From Gemmatimonadales bacterium (GTDB lineage: Bacteria > Gemmatimonadota > Gemmatimonadetes > Gemmatimonadales > GWC2-71-9), in the NCBI GenBank assembly GCA_038209515.1, contig JBBQXQ010000003.1, positions 158-64,157 of the forward strand: 64,000 bases of DNA. Direction: 5' to 3'. Made by a program: the position numbers and the translations under genes. The notes under the pieces are model-generated. The model saw nothing but the letters and a program-made list of their open reading frames with translations, had not been told where the DNA came from and searched no databases. Of the stretch, positions 27,830 through 36,705 are shown piece by piece; within the stretch, counting starts at the first letter, position 1; each line of letters opens with the position of its first letter.

Positions 27830-28855
27830 CTAGGGCTCCGCGACCACGAATGGGCTGCCCCCGAGCTTGGCCTTGATCTTCGGTACCGCGGCCAGTGCCT
27901 CCGCCCGGCTCGCATAGTTCCCCACCCGCACTTTATAGAGTCCAGCATCGGCGACGGTCACCGCCGCGAGCCCCCGTGCGCTGAGTTTCCTGGCAATGGC
28001 GTCGGCCGCCGCCGCAGTGTGTACCGCGGTGACCTGAACCCGGAAGCGCCCGCCCGATGGCAGCGTCGGGGCCGGCCGTGCCGTTGGCGTTCGGCTCGTG
28101 GTGTCCGGCCGAGTCGGTGCCGGCCTGGGGCCCGCAGGGGGGTTGGGGGGCAGCGTCGGGGTCACCGGCGAAATGCTGTCCGCGCGGCGCGCGAATATGG
28201 TGTCTCGCGGAGCGCTGGCCACGGTCGTAGGCGAGTCCGCCGAAGCCCGCGGGGCCGAATCGATCGCCAACTGGGGGCAGCGCTGGTTCAGGTAGCCGAG
28301 CTGGTTCTCCAACTCGACGTTGCCTCGCGAGGCGGCCAGACCGTCCGCGAGCCAACGACACGCCAGCGCCGGGTTCTTCTGATCGAAGTAAGTGCGCGCA
28401 GCCCAGTAAGACGTCTGGGGCAGGAGCGTGCTGCCCGGGTAGTCGCGCCGGAGTCGCTCCAGGTTGCGGGCCGCTCCATCCAGATTGCCACTGGCGTAGT
28501 CGAGCTGCACCAGCCGGAGGAGCGCGTCGTCGGCCCAGCTGCTGGAGGAGTGCTCGACCGCGACGCGCTGAAGCTGGCGGCGCATCCCGGCGGCATCGGT
28601 GGCCACCATGGCCTGAGTGTAGAGGATCTGGGGGTACAGCGTATCGCTTGGAGGAGTGGTCGCCAGCAGTCGCTGCACCTTGATCCGGGCCGAGTCGCCC
28701 TGGCCTTGCTGGGCATCGCGGATGACGTCGACCAGACGCGGGTCGGTCTGGGCGGAGAGGACGGAGAAGGCGGAGAAGGCGGAGAGGACGGAGAGGATAT
28801 ACACAGCCCGTCCCGCGAGCCGACGCGCCAGGTTGGAGTTGGGTCGCTGGATCAT
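27830..28855 (-). CDS. TPR plus SPOR-domain protein (C-terminal portion of the uninterrupted 699-codon ORF; possible internal start at ATG 28855)
   Basis: It begins MIQRPNSNLARRLAGRAVYILSVLSAFSAFSVLSAQT (signal or TM-like), continues with TPR-like helices and a Pro/Thr-rich linker, and ends in a SPOR-type segment FRVQVTAV...YKVRVGNYASRAEA. GGAGAGGG precedes the ATG. Confidence 0.7.
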   Translation of the reverse strand: MIQRPNSNLARRLAGRAVYILSVLSAFSAFSVLSAQTDPRLVDVIRDAQQGQGDSARIKVQRLLATTPPSDTLYPQILYTQAMVATDAAGMRRQLQRVAVEHSSSSWADDALLRLVQLDYASGNLDGAARNLERLRRDYPGSTLLPQTSYWAARTYFDQKNPALACRWLADGLAASRGNVELENQLGYLNQRCPQLAIDSAPRASADSPTTVASAPRDTIFARRADSISPVTPTLPPNPPAGPRPAPTRPDTTSRTPTARPAPTLPSGGRFRVQVTAVHTAAAADAIARKLSARGLAAVTVADAGLYKVRVGNYASRAEALAAVPKIKAKLGGSPFVVAEP

Positions 28856-28889
28856 TCCGCCCTCTCCGTCATCTCCGCCCTCTCCGCCC
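28751..28889 (-). repeat. Palindromic element, copy 2 (inverted relative to copy 1), lying entirely inside an open reading frame
   Basis: The plus strand reads GGCGGAGAG GACGGAGAA GGCGGAGAA GGCGGAGAG GACGGAGAG GA at 28751-28797. A 59-nt spacer follows. The complementary arm ccgccctctccgtcatctccgccctctccgccc lies at 28857-28889. Confidence 0.75.
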
Positions 28890-29929
28890 TTCATGATTGT
28901 CACCATCAGAACCAAGTCCGTGAGGAGCCCCCGCTCATCCGATACCGTAGTGGTCTTGAGCGACTCATCGGTAGTGCGGGCGGCTCGGAGCGCGGCCCGG
29001 ATGCGGGAGACCGGCCATTGTGGCGCCCACCGGGCCCAACTCGATGCCTCCTCCCTGTATCCCAGGAGACCGTACGGACGGTTCTGGAGCAGGACCTTGA
29101 ACACTGCATCCTCCAGAGTGCGTCCACGAAGGCCCTTGTCGTACAGCGTGCGGGCAATGCCGAGGCCGACGAGGGCCGTGCCGAGCTGCGTCACCAGCCT
29201 GACCCCCGACACACCCGGCTGGCCCAGCACCCGCAACAGAACGGCGATGGCGCGGCCAGTCTCTCCGTTCAACACGGCCTCACGCCAGTCCCACTGGGTC
29301 TCGCCGTGCCGGATCCCGACCAGCTCGCCGACTCGCTCCGGAGTAAGCGTCTCGCCCGAGGGCAGTGAGGCAAGCTTGGCGAGCTCCGATTGGAGCGCAC
29401 CGAGATCGGACCCAACGCACCGTACCAGATGGCGCACCGCCTCGGGGTCCAGCGTCAGGCCGAGCTGGTCCGCCCGTCGCAATGCCCATTTCTCCGCCCG
29501 CTCGGCAGGGAGGGGGTCGAACTTCACGGTGTACGCGCCGCGGGACAGTTCCTTGTCCTCGGCCTCCTCTCCAGATCCCTGGACCAGGACCACGACCGTC
29601 TCCAAGCTGGGGCGCTCCAGATAGCGCAGGAACTCGGCTCTTCCCTTGGTCTTCCGCTTCCAGCCTTCCACGTCACGGAGCACGACGACCCGTCGCTCCG
29701 CCAGCATCGGCAGTGTGTTACAGAGGGAGTGGATCTCTTCCGGGTCGAGCTGGGCCGCCGATCGCTGATCGAAGTTGAAATCTCGCAGACCGGGATCGAG
29801 CGTCCGGTCGAGGATCATGCGGACTGCCTCGTCCTTGAGCTCATCCTCGTGTCCGTGCAAATAGTACACCGGCGCCACTTCGCCCTTGTTCAGGGATCGA
29901 AACAACGCATCCATCGAATGTGCGGGCAT
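28856..29929 (-). CDS. holA: DNA polymerase III delta subunit (N-terminal 358 codons of the 699-codon ORF; no stop codon of its own)
   Basis: It begins FRSLNKGEVAPVYYLHGHEDELKDEAV... and has the length and helical C-terminal pattern of HolA. The ORF continues in frame into the repeat-encoded KGGEGGDDGEGG. Confidence 0.72.
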
Positions 29930-29984
29930 GGGAGAAACGTATCGCTGCCAAGAGGGTGAGGTAAGCCGCGAGCCAGACCGGGCC

Positions 29985-30521
29985 TCAGCGTCTGAAGCAC
30001 TGGATGTAGAGCAATGCCGCCAGCGTCTTCCCGTCCTGGATCTCGCCCGTCCGCACCATGCCCATGACCTCGGACCAGCGCCGGGTGTGCACTTCCATGA
30101 ACTCGTCCGGTTCCCGCCGATGGACCCCCTTCCTCAGCTCGTGGGCCAGGAACACGTGGATCTTCTCGTCGGTAAAGCCGGGGGTAGTGTAGATCGTCAT
30201 GAGGCGGGCCAGCACATCGGCGGTCATGCCGATCTCTTCCTCGAGCTCGCGCTGGGCGCAGGTGGCCGGGGTCTCGCCAGGATCGAGCCGCCCGGCCGGG
30301 ATCTCCCAGATGGGGCCATTGGCCGCGTGACGGAATTGGCGAATGAGGTGAATCCGGGGATCGGCCCCGCGAGGTTCATCCAGAAATGGAACGACCGCCG
30401 ACGCGCCCGGATGCCGGATCATCTCCAGCTCGCCGGTGGACCCATCGGGGAAACGCACCGTATCCCGGTCCAGGTTGATCACCCGGCCGCTGTACAATCG
30501 TTCCGAGGAGACGAGCGTCAT
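29985..30521 (-). CDS. NUDIX hydrolase (ADP-ribose pyrophosphatase-like)
   Basis: The Nudix box GRLDPGETPATCAQRELEEEIG is present. Confidence 0.82.
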   Translation of the reverse strand: MTLVSSERLYSGRVINLDRDTVRFPDGSTGELEMIRHPGASAVVPFLDEPRGADPRIHLIRQFRHAANGPIWEIPAGRLDPGETPATCAQRELEEEIGMTADVLARLMTIYTTPGFTDEKIHVFLAHELRKGVHRREPDEFMEVHTRRWSEVMGMVRTGEIQDGKTLAALLYIQCFRR

Positions 30522-31153
30522 GGGACGTGGGGGTGAGAGGTGAACGGAGACAGTGTCGCCCGGACCCAGGCAACGGGAATCTTGAACCCCTCTGCCGCAA
30601 GATAGCGCAGCTCGACCACGGGATTGTCCGAGATGGGACTGCTTTCGGTGGGAGAGGTGTAGGCTTCAAGATTGGTTCGCCGCGCCTCCAGGCGAAGCCG
30701 ATACATATGAAAGGGATCGCTCACCAGAAGCACGCTGTGCAGGCCCTCGGCTTCCAGCCAGTCGGCCACTGCCGTCATCGAAGCCTGGGTGGAGCGCCCC
30801 TGGGGCTGGACTACGACATCCCCCGGCACGACATCGCGCGCCAGGAGGTAATGCCGTCCCACGATTGCTTCGCTGGTCGTGTCGCCCCGACCCACGCCAC
30901 CGGTGACCACGATCCGGGGAGCGTACCCTTCATTGTATAGGCGGAGCGCGTGGTCCAGTCTGGCCCGCAGCACCGGGGAGGGCCGCCCATTGTACTGGGC
31001 GGCCCCGAGCACCACGATCGCGTCGACCGCCCGACGCTGATCCTGCTGACTGACGACCAGGACCGTCACCAGCGCCACAGTGTAAATGGAGACGGCGGCG
31101 AGGAGGATCAGGCCGAAGGCTCGGCTGAGTCGCCGGAGGAGAGGTCGAGCCAC
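30518..31153 (-). CDS. YdcF/DUF218 family protein
   Basis: It carries DAIVVLGAAQYNGRPSPVLRARLDHALRLY..GYAPRIVVTGG and LLVSDPFHMYR. The start is placed at GTG 31153 (VARPLLRRL plus a TM) to avoid a 320-nt overlap with the upstream gene. ATG 31204 is the alternative. Confidence 0.68.
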   Translation of the reverse strand: MARPLLRRLSRAFGLILLAAVSIYTVALVTVLVVSQQDQRRAVDAIVVLGAAQYNGRPSPVLRARLDHALRLYNEGYAPRIVVTGGVGRGDTTSEAIVGRHYLLARDVVPGDVVVQPQGRSTQASMTAVADWLEAEGLHSVLLVSDPFHMYRLRLEARRTNLEAYTSPTESSPISDNPVVELRYLAAEGFKIPVAWVRATLSPFTSHPHVP

Positions 31154-31166
31154 CGGATCCCTCCCC

Positions 31167-32558
31167 TTAGAGATCGAACGACTCCCCGTGACGGGGCACA
31201 TGGACGTCACCGACTCCCTCCTCCCGGAGGATTGCAGCCATGGCCTCGAGGGACGCGGGCTCACCGTGCACCACAAACGCGCGGCGGATGGGCCCGCCGA
31301 GCCTGCGGACCCAGGCCCGAAGCTCGTCGCGGTCGGCATGGGCCGAGTACCCCCCGATGGTCTCCACTTCGGCTTTCCGCTGGTATTCCTGCCCCAGAAT
31401 ACGGACGACATCCTGACCGCTCTCGATCCGCCGTCCCAGGGTGTGCTCCGCCTGGAACCCGACGAAGAGGACGAGATTCCGCTCATCGCTGATGCCGTGC
31501 GCCAAGTGATGGAGGATGCGGCCCGACTCAGCCATGCCGGACGCGGCGATGATCACCGCAGGGCCGGCTGCGGAATCGAGCGCCTTGGAGTCGGAGACCT
31601 CGCGTACGTAGCGGAGCAGCGGGAAGTCGAACAGCTCACTGGTGGCCTCGATCAGCTCTTCCCGCCGGTCGAAGACTTCCGGATGCATGAGGAACACCGT
31701 GGTGATGTCGATCGCGAGCGGACTGTCGACGTAGATCGGGATCGAGGGGATCCGGCCCGCCCGAAAGAGCCGATGCAGGCTGTAGATCAGCTCCTGGGCC
31801 CGGCCCACCGCGAACGCCGGTATCAACAGCTTGCCGCCGCGGGCCGCAGTGCGACGAACCGCCTCGCCCAGATGGGCTTCGGTGTCGGTGAACGACTCAT
31901 GTTGCCGGTCGGCGTACGTCGCTTCGATGATCAGGGTGTCGATCGGCCCCGATGGGGGGTCGGGATCCCGAACGATGGGAAGTCCGCTGCGGCCGATGTC
32001 GCCGGAGAACACCAGGCGGTGGCTGCCGCCTTCGGTCACCCGAAGGTCGACCGTGGCCGAGCCGAGGATGTGACCGGCTTCCAGGAACTCGAGTGCCAGA
32101 TGCTTGCGGAGGTAGAAGACCCGCCGATACGGCACGCCGAGCATGAGGTCCTGCACCGCGAGCGCGTCGCGCAGGGTGTAGAGCGGCTCGCTATCCGGCG
32201 CGGCTTTGCCGTGATGTCGAAGGAACTCGTAGTCCTTCTCCTGAATGTGGGCGGCGTCGGCGAGCATGACCGCACTGAGGTCGCGCGTGGCGGAAGTGCC
32301 GTACACCGGGCCATGAAAACCTTCCTTGACCAGGAGGGGCAGGCGCCCGGAGTGGTCGATGTGAGCATGACTCAACACTACGCCGTCTATGCGCCGGGCG
32401 TCGAAGGGTAGCCGCGCATTGAGCGCGTGGGCCTCCGACCGCCGGCCCTGGAACAGTCCGGCATCCAGGAGAATGCGGGCTCCGGCGGCTTCGAGGAGGT
32501 GCATGGAGCCGGTGACCTGACCGGCGGCGCCCCAGAAGGTGAGACGGGTATCGCTCAC
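31167..32558 (-). CDS. MBL-fold beta-CASP ribonuclease-like hydrolase
   Basis: It has the metallo-beta-lactamase motif SHAHIDHSG, a beta-CASP region and a C-terminal RNA-specificity-type segment (HADRDEL). Confidence 0.82.
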   Translation of the reverse strand: MSDTRLTFWGAAGQVTGSMHLLEAAGARILLDAGLFQGRRSEAHALNARLPFDARRIDGVVLSHAHIDHSGRLPLLVKEGFHGPVYGTSATRDLSAVMLADAAHIQEKDYEFLRHHGKAAPDSEPLYTLRDALAVQDLMLGVPYRRVFYLRKHLALEFLEAGHILGSATVDLRVTEGGSHRLVFSGDIGRSGLPIVRDPDPPSGPIDTLIIEATYADRQHESFTDTEAHLGEAVRRTAARGGKLLIPAFAVGRAQELIYSLHRLFRAGRIPSIPIYVDSPLAIDITTVFLMHPEVFDRREELIEATSELFDFPLLRYVREVSDSKALDSAAGPAVIIAASGMAESGRILHHLAHGISDERNLVLFVGFQAEHTLGRRIESGQDVVRILGQEYQRKAEVETIGGYSAHADRDELRAWVRRLGGPIRRAFVVHGEPASLEAMAAILREEGVGDVHVPRHGESFDL

Positions 32559-32586
32559 GTTTCCTCAACAGCGTGAACGGTGCTTT

Positions 32587-33231
32587 TCACCGGGTCCCAA
32601 ACAGTCTGTCGCCCGCATCGCCCAGCCCCGGCAGGATGTAGCCCAACTTGTTGAGCTCCCGGTCGAGGGCGGCGGCGAAGATCGGCACGTCGGGCTGGGC
32701 CTCGAGCATCCGGGCCACGCCTTCGGGTGCCGCCACCAGCGACAGGAAACGAATCCGCTTGGCCCCCGCCTTCTTGAGGGCGCTGACCGCAGCGACGGCG
32801 GAGCCCCCGGTGGCGAGCATGGGATCCAGAATGAAGAAGTCGCGCTCGACCTCGTCGGATGGAATCTTGAAGTAGTAATCCACCGGCTCGAGCGTCTGAT
32901 GGTCGCGATAGAGGCCGATGTGACCCACCCGGGCGGAGGGGATGAGCTGGGTGATGCCATCCACCATGCCGAGTCCGGCTCGGAGTATCGGCACCAGGGT
33001 CAGCTTCTTGCCGGAGACCTGCCGGCCTGTGGTGCGTTCCAGCGGGGTCTCAATTTCGACCGCCGCCGTAGGGAGGTCCTTGGTCACCTCGTAGGCCATG
33101 AGCGTCGCGATCTCGCTCACCAGCTGCTTGAAGTCCCGGGTGCTGGTGTGCTTGTCCCGGAGGATGGAGAGCTTGTGTTGTATGAGAGGGTGAGCCAGGA
33201 CGGTGAGATTCGCGAACCGGGGCGGCGGCAT
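32587..33231 (-). CDS. upp: Uracil phosphoribosyltransferase
   Basis: The 214-aa protein carries [11 protein letters not shown] and the PRPP-binding loop [12 protein letters not shown]. Confidence 0.9.
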   Translation of the reverse strand: MPPPRFANLTVLAHPLIQHKLSILRDKHTSTRDFKQLVSEIATLMAYEVTKDLPTAAVEIETPLERTTGRQVSGKKLTLVPILRAGLGMVDGITQLIPSARVGHIGLYRDHQTLEPVDYYFKIPSDEVERDFFILDPMLATGGSAVAAVSALKKAGAKRIRFLSLVAAPEGVARMLEAQPDVPIFAAALDRELNKLGYILPGLGDAGDRLFGTR

Positions 33232-33261
33232 GGAGGGTAAATATGAAGAGGGAAGCGACCT

Positions 33262-33288
33262 CTGTCACCCTGAGCGAAGCGAAGGGAC
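33262..33288 (+). repeat. Short dispersed repeat with a GAGCGAAGC core (copy 1)
   Basis: ctgtcaccctgagcgaagcgaagggac matches the reverse complement of 39445-39470 (ctgtcattccgagcgaagccagggat) at 18 of 26 positions, including an identical 9-nt core and an identical 6-nt 5' flank. Confidence 0.4.
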
Positions 33289-33314
33289 CGAAGCGCCGAC
33301 TATAAGTGACAGAT

Positions 33315-33662
33315 TCATAGCTCGACCACGACGCTGCGGCAGACCGTCTGACCAGGGTCACACACGCTGGCCCGGAGCCTTCCCTTGATGCGGGAGTGCC
33401 GGCCGGGAACGAGCGCGCTCGGCGGCTGGACAAAGTAGGCCGAGTCTGGTGTCAGGTGGGGCGAATCGAGTCGGAGCACCCGTCCGTCGGGCAGCTCCAG
33501 GGCGGGCTTGAGCCGGGCGTTGACCTTGTAGCCGGGCGCCGCGATGAGGGTGATCCGAGTGTCGGAGCCGGACCGCTCGGCTCTTAGGGAGAGCGGGCCA
33601 GAGGGTGCGCGGGCGCAAGCCGCCAGCCAGCCGAGTGCCAGGACCAATGTCGTCAGGCTCAC
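33315..33662 (-). CDS. Lipoprotein, hypothetical
   Basis: The start is set to GTG 33662, a GTGA overlap with the upstream stop. It has the lipobox LAAC (VSLTTLVLALGWLAACARAP) and two C-terminal cysteines. Confidence 0.5.
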   Translation of the reverse strand: MSLTTLVLALGWLAACARAPSGPLSLRAERSGSDTRITLIAAPGYKVNARLKPALELPDGRVLRLDSPHLTPDSAYFVQPPSALVPGRHSRIKGRLRASVCDPGQTVCRSVVVEL

Positions 33663-34249
33663 CCTTGTTGTTCGGCCAGCAGCTCCCGGATCCGCTGGTC
33701 CCACATGTCGTAGTTCCGATCGTTGAGATGGAACTCGCCAGCTCCCTCGTACCGGATCACGCCCTTATTGTCGATGAGCACAAAGCTCGGCCAGAAGCGG
33801 ATGCCGTACAGATTCCAGGTTCGGGACTCGTTGTCCTGGGCATTCGGATACTCGATGTGGTACTTCTTCAGCGCCCGGGCGACATTTCTCTTATCGTGCT
33901 CGCCGGCGTAGGGCGGGAACTCGGGGGTGTGGATGCCGATGAGCACCAGGCCTTGGCCCCGGTATTTACGATCAAAGTCTACCAGAGACGGCACCGTGTT
34001 GGTGCAGTTGTAACAGGTGAACACCCAGAAGTTGAGCAGGACGACCTTGCCCTCGAGCCCCTTGAGGGTGAGCGGCCTGTCGGCGTTGAGCCAGCTCTCG
34101 TTCTTCCAGGGCGGGGCGGGCCGATTGTCCGGGCGGGAGGCGAGCAGCAGGTTGGCCTGGGCCTGCACACGGCTCGACGATTCCAGCGCGAGCGTCCCGG
34201 CGGCAACGACACCGATCGAAAAGGTCAGCAGCAGGGCCGAGCGAGGCAT
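33659..34249 (-). CDS. TlpA-like thiol-disulfide oxidoreductase (thioredoxin fold)
   Basis: The CxxC motif is WVFTCYNCTN, with FWPSFVLID downstream. The start is set to ATG 34249, which has GGAG upstream. Confidence 0.8.
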   Translation of the reverse strand: MPRSALLLTFSIGVVAAGTLALESSSRVQAQANLLLASRPDNRPAPPWKNESWLNADRPLTLKGLEGKVVLLNFWVFTCYNCTNTVPSLVDFDRKYRGQGLVLIGIHTPEFPPYAGEHDKRNVARALKKYHIEYPNAQDNESRTWNLYGIRFWPSFVLIDNKGVIRYEGAGEFHLNDRNYDMWDQRIRELLAEQQG

Positions 34250-34354
34250 AGGAGCTCCGAGGGTGGGTGGAGAATAAACGCCCATGGGCTGCGTTTGGAT
34301 CCCAGAAGTCCCTTTTGCGAGCCCCCGGCTCGTTCCTATATTTCCCGCCCCAAC

Positions 34355-34427
<73 letters not shown>

Positions 34428-34743
34428 CTATACGCTGCAACGACTTAGCCCAAGCGCAAAACCCCCGCGTCCCCTCATTGTCCCTCTGTTGTCCCCCAAC
34501 CCTGAGCATTGCGAGTTTGCTCACGCCTTCGCGCAGATCCCGCTCGTTCACGATGTTGTAGCGATCAAATACGCTGCGGGTTTTGTGCCCGGTGAGCTGC
34601 ATCGCGACCCGCTCAGGAACGCGAGCACGCACGAGGTTTCGTACCGCCGTTCGGCGGAAGTCATGGGGGATGCGCTCTAGTAAGTCGGGGCGGACGACAC
34701 GCGCCAACTTGCCTTCCCTGACCGTCGCAGCGCGTCGGCAGGC
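34428..34743 (-). pseudogene. Tyrosine recombinase (phage integrase) C-terminal fragment abutting the 3' end of tRNA-Phe
   Basis: The minus-strand frame encodes ...[44 protein letters not shown] (the catalytic H-x-x-R, H and Y region). No N-terminal two-thirds of the gene is present upstream. The frame runs into the tRNA without its own stop. Confidence 0.7.
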
Positions 34744-35374
34744 CGACGGCGTTGACCGCCGGTGACTCGATGATTCGCACCGCGGGTGGCGGAACGCCGG
34801 CGGCGATTGCCATCTCCTGGACGACGTTGGTGAGCTACTGCTCCGCCAGGACCGACGGGTTCGGGTCCCTGGACGCGAGCCGGCGGAGCATCATCCCCGC
34901 CCCCGCGGTCCGCGACAGCAGCTGGATGAAGGGCCAGGTAAGCAGCATGAACAGGGCGCCGGGCACGACGTACAGCATTGCGAGGGTGCTCCACGGCACG
35001 TCGACCGGGCGTCCGCGAATCTTTGCCCAGACGTTCGGAAGCCCGAACGCCACGTCGTGCAGCTTATCCCAATGCATTGCGGAGAGCGGCGCGATCAGAT
35101 CGACGACGTGGGCGCCGATAAGCACGAGGCCAAAGACCAACGGAGACGCCAGGACGCACAGCGGAATCCCCGCGAGCCCGACCGCAACCACCGCGAGACC
35201 GAAAAGCGAAGGCTTCGGCGCCGGTTGCGCCGCTGCTCGTCGAGGAAATGAACGCGGTCGATGGTGGGGCCGGTCATGGCTCTCGGTGATGGGGGCGGAG
35301 TCGCCAGGCGATGGCTGGTAGGTTGCCGGGCACCGTGGATAGAGTATTACTGAGTCACGAGGGGCCCGGAGCAC
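34742..35374 (-). pseudogene. M48 (HtpX-like) peptidase N-terminal fragment with an in-frame TAG, truncated before the HExxH site
   Basis: The TM-rich N-terminus ends ...[16 protein letters not shown]. Then comes TAG (34835-34837), followed by [29 protein letters not shown] in the same frame. Homology ends at about 34742, where the integrase fragment begins in another frame. Confidence 0.6.
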
Positions 35375-35383
35375 CTCACAGAA

Positions 35384-35905
35384 CTAGAGCGTCGGATCGA
35401 TCGCAATCTCGTAGCGCACCGGCAGGCTGTTCAGGTCGCCGGCCGATTCGATGCGATACTGCACCTCGCGATCCCACTGTCCGGCGGCATGGGTGCCGCG
35501 CGCGACGGTCACAGACGAGCCGGCGGTGAGCTCCTGAAACTCTCCGTTTACGCCGCGGACCCAGATACGGGACGCTGCAACCGGGGTGCCCCGGACCACG
35601 AGCTGGTACCCGGTGTTGGCGGCTACGCGGACCATGACCGAGGCCTCGCTGACAGAGCCCATCCGGCCGGTCTCTCGCTCAGCACTCACACCCTGGATCG
35701 ATCCGCGCGGGGCTATATGGGCCACCAGGGCGATCTGGGCCACGCCGGAACGGATCCCGACCTGGCTCTCGGCGACACCGGGAAGGGCGAGCACCAACCC
35801 GAGAGCAGTCACTGTCCGAACGAGTACCTGCCGCGATGCGCCCACAATGTCTCCGAGGTTAGGGTCTCGACTCGGTATCCCTATAAGCAGGCGGCGGGCC
35901 ACCAC
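35384..35905 (-). CDS. Secreted hypothetical protein
   Basis: The 173-aa protein has a signal-like segment (VTALGLVLALPGVAESQ) and a beta-rich pattern. I recognise no family motif. Confidence 0.45.
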   Translation of the reverse strand: MVARRLLIGIPSRDPNLGDIVGASRQVLVRTVTALGLVLALPGVAESQVGIRSGVAQIALVAHIAPRGSIQGVSAERETGRMGSVSEASVMVRVAANTGYQLVVRGTPVAASRIWVRGVNGEFQELTAGSSVTVARGTHAAGQWDREVQYRIESAGDLNSLPVRYEIAIDPTL

Positions 35906-36278
35906 CTCAAATAGTATAACACAATGCAGAATAAGCGCTTACCGAAATTCTGGAAGTCTAAATACTGGTCAGTAGCCGTCAAAGAATGCATCACCCGGAT
36001 CTGCTTGTGAACTTAAGTGCTTGTGGGATCAGACTGGAGCTCGGAGCGGAGGGCGGGTGACTAGAAAATGACGTTGGCGGTTGGGGCGACCGCGCCACAC
36101 CAGGTGCTGAGGGGCTCTTCCTTAAAGGGAATTGCGCCAAGGATTGCGGCCCACCGCACCAAAGCGACCTACGAAACTCCTAAGAGCGTACCCTGCTTGC
36201 TGTTGATTGCTGGCCCAGGATCTGCCTGTCGGGGCGGGGCAAGCCCACGCGTAGTCAACCAGCATCAGGGATTACCCG

Positions 36279-36668
36279 ATGACCCCGGCACCCACACAGC
36301 GTATTCTGGTGGTGGACGACGACGCGAGCATTCGCCGGACGCTCAATATCCTGCTGAGCAAGGCGGGATACGAAGTCATTCAGGCGTCCGACGGCTCCGA
36401 GGCCGTGCGTCTATGGCGGGACCGCGGCGGAGACCTCGTTATCACCGACCTTCACATGCCCGAAAAGGACGGTATCGAGACCATCATAGAGCTGCTCTCC
36501 CACACCCCCGGCATTCGCATCATCGCGATGTCGGGCGGCGGGCAGACCAAGCGGCTCGATCTGTTGGGTAACGTCGCGCTGCTTGGATCGGTGTTAACGA
36601 TCGAGAAACCGTTCACCCTGGCCGAGATGATGACAATGGTGAACCGCGCGCTGAAACCCATCCACTAG
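36279..36668 (+). CDS. Single-domain response regulator (CheY-like receiver)
   Basis: It carries ILVVDDDASIRR...DLVITDLHMPEKDG...EKPF, the conserved D-D-D/T/K pattern. Confidence 0.8.
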   Translation: MTPAPTQRILVVDDDASIRRTLNILLSKAGYEVIQASDGSEAVRLWRDRGGDLVITDLHMPEKDGIETIIELLSHTPGIRIIAMSGGGQTKRLDLLGNVALLGSVLTIEKPFTLAEMMTMVNRALKPIH

Positions 36669-36705
36669 GCTCTTCCGTTGCGGGTTGGGTGCGGTAGCTA
36701 GTGAT

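Noticed and set aside
28751-28797. Tandem 9-nt repeats considered as a possible CRISPR or other spacer-containing array
   Set aside because: The units are contiguous 9-mers with no spacers. There are only about 5 units, and they are paired with a complementary arm 59 nt away. This is a palindromic element, not a CRISPR array.
34835-34837. The in-frame TAG in the M48-like gene, considered as possible programmed read-through or pyrrolysine
   Set aside because: The gene is also truncated about 90 nt further on and lacks its catalytic domain. No supporting machinery lies in the window. A plain pseudogene is the economical explanation.
36068-36571. A 167-aa plus-strand ORF overlapping the receiver gene
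   Set aside because: It is in a different frame from the clear CheY-like ORF 36279..36668, has an Arg/Pro/Gly-rich translation and carries no motifs.
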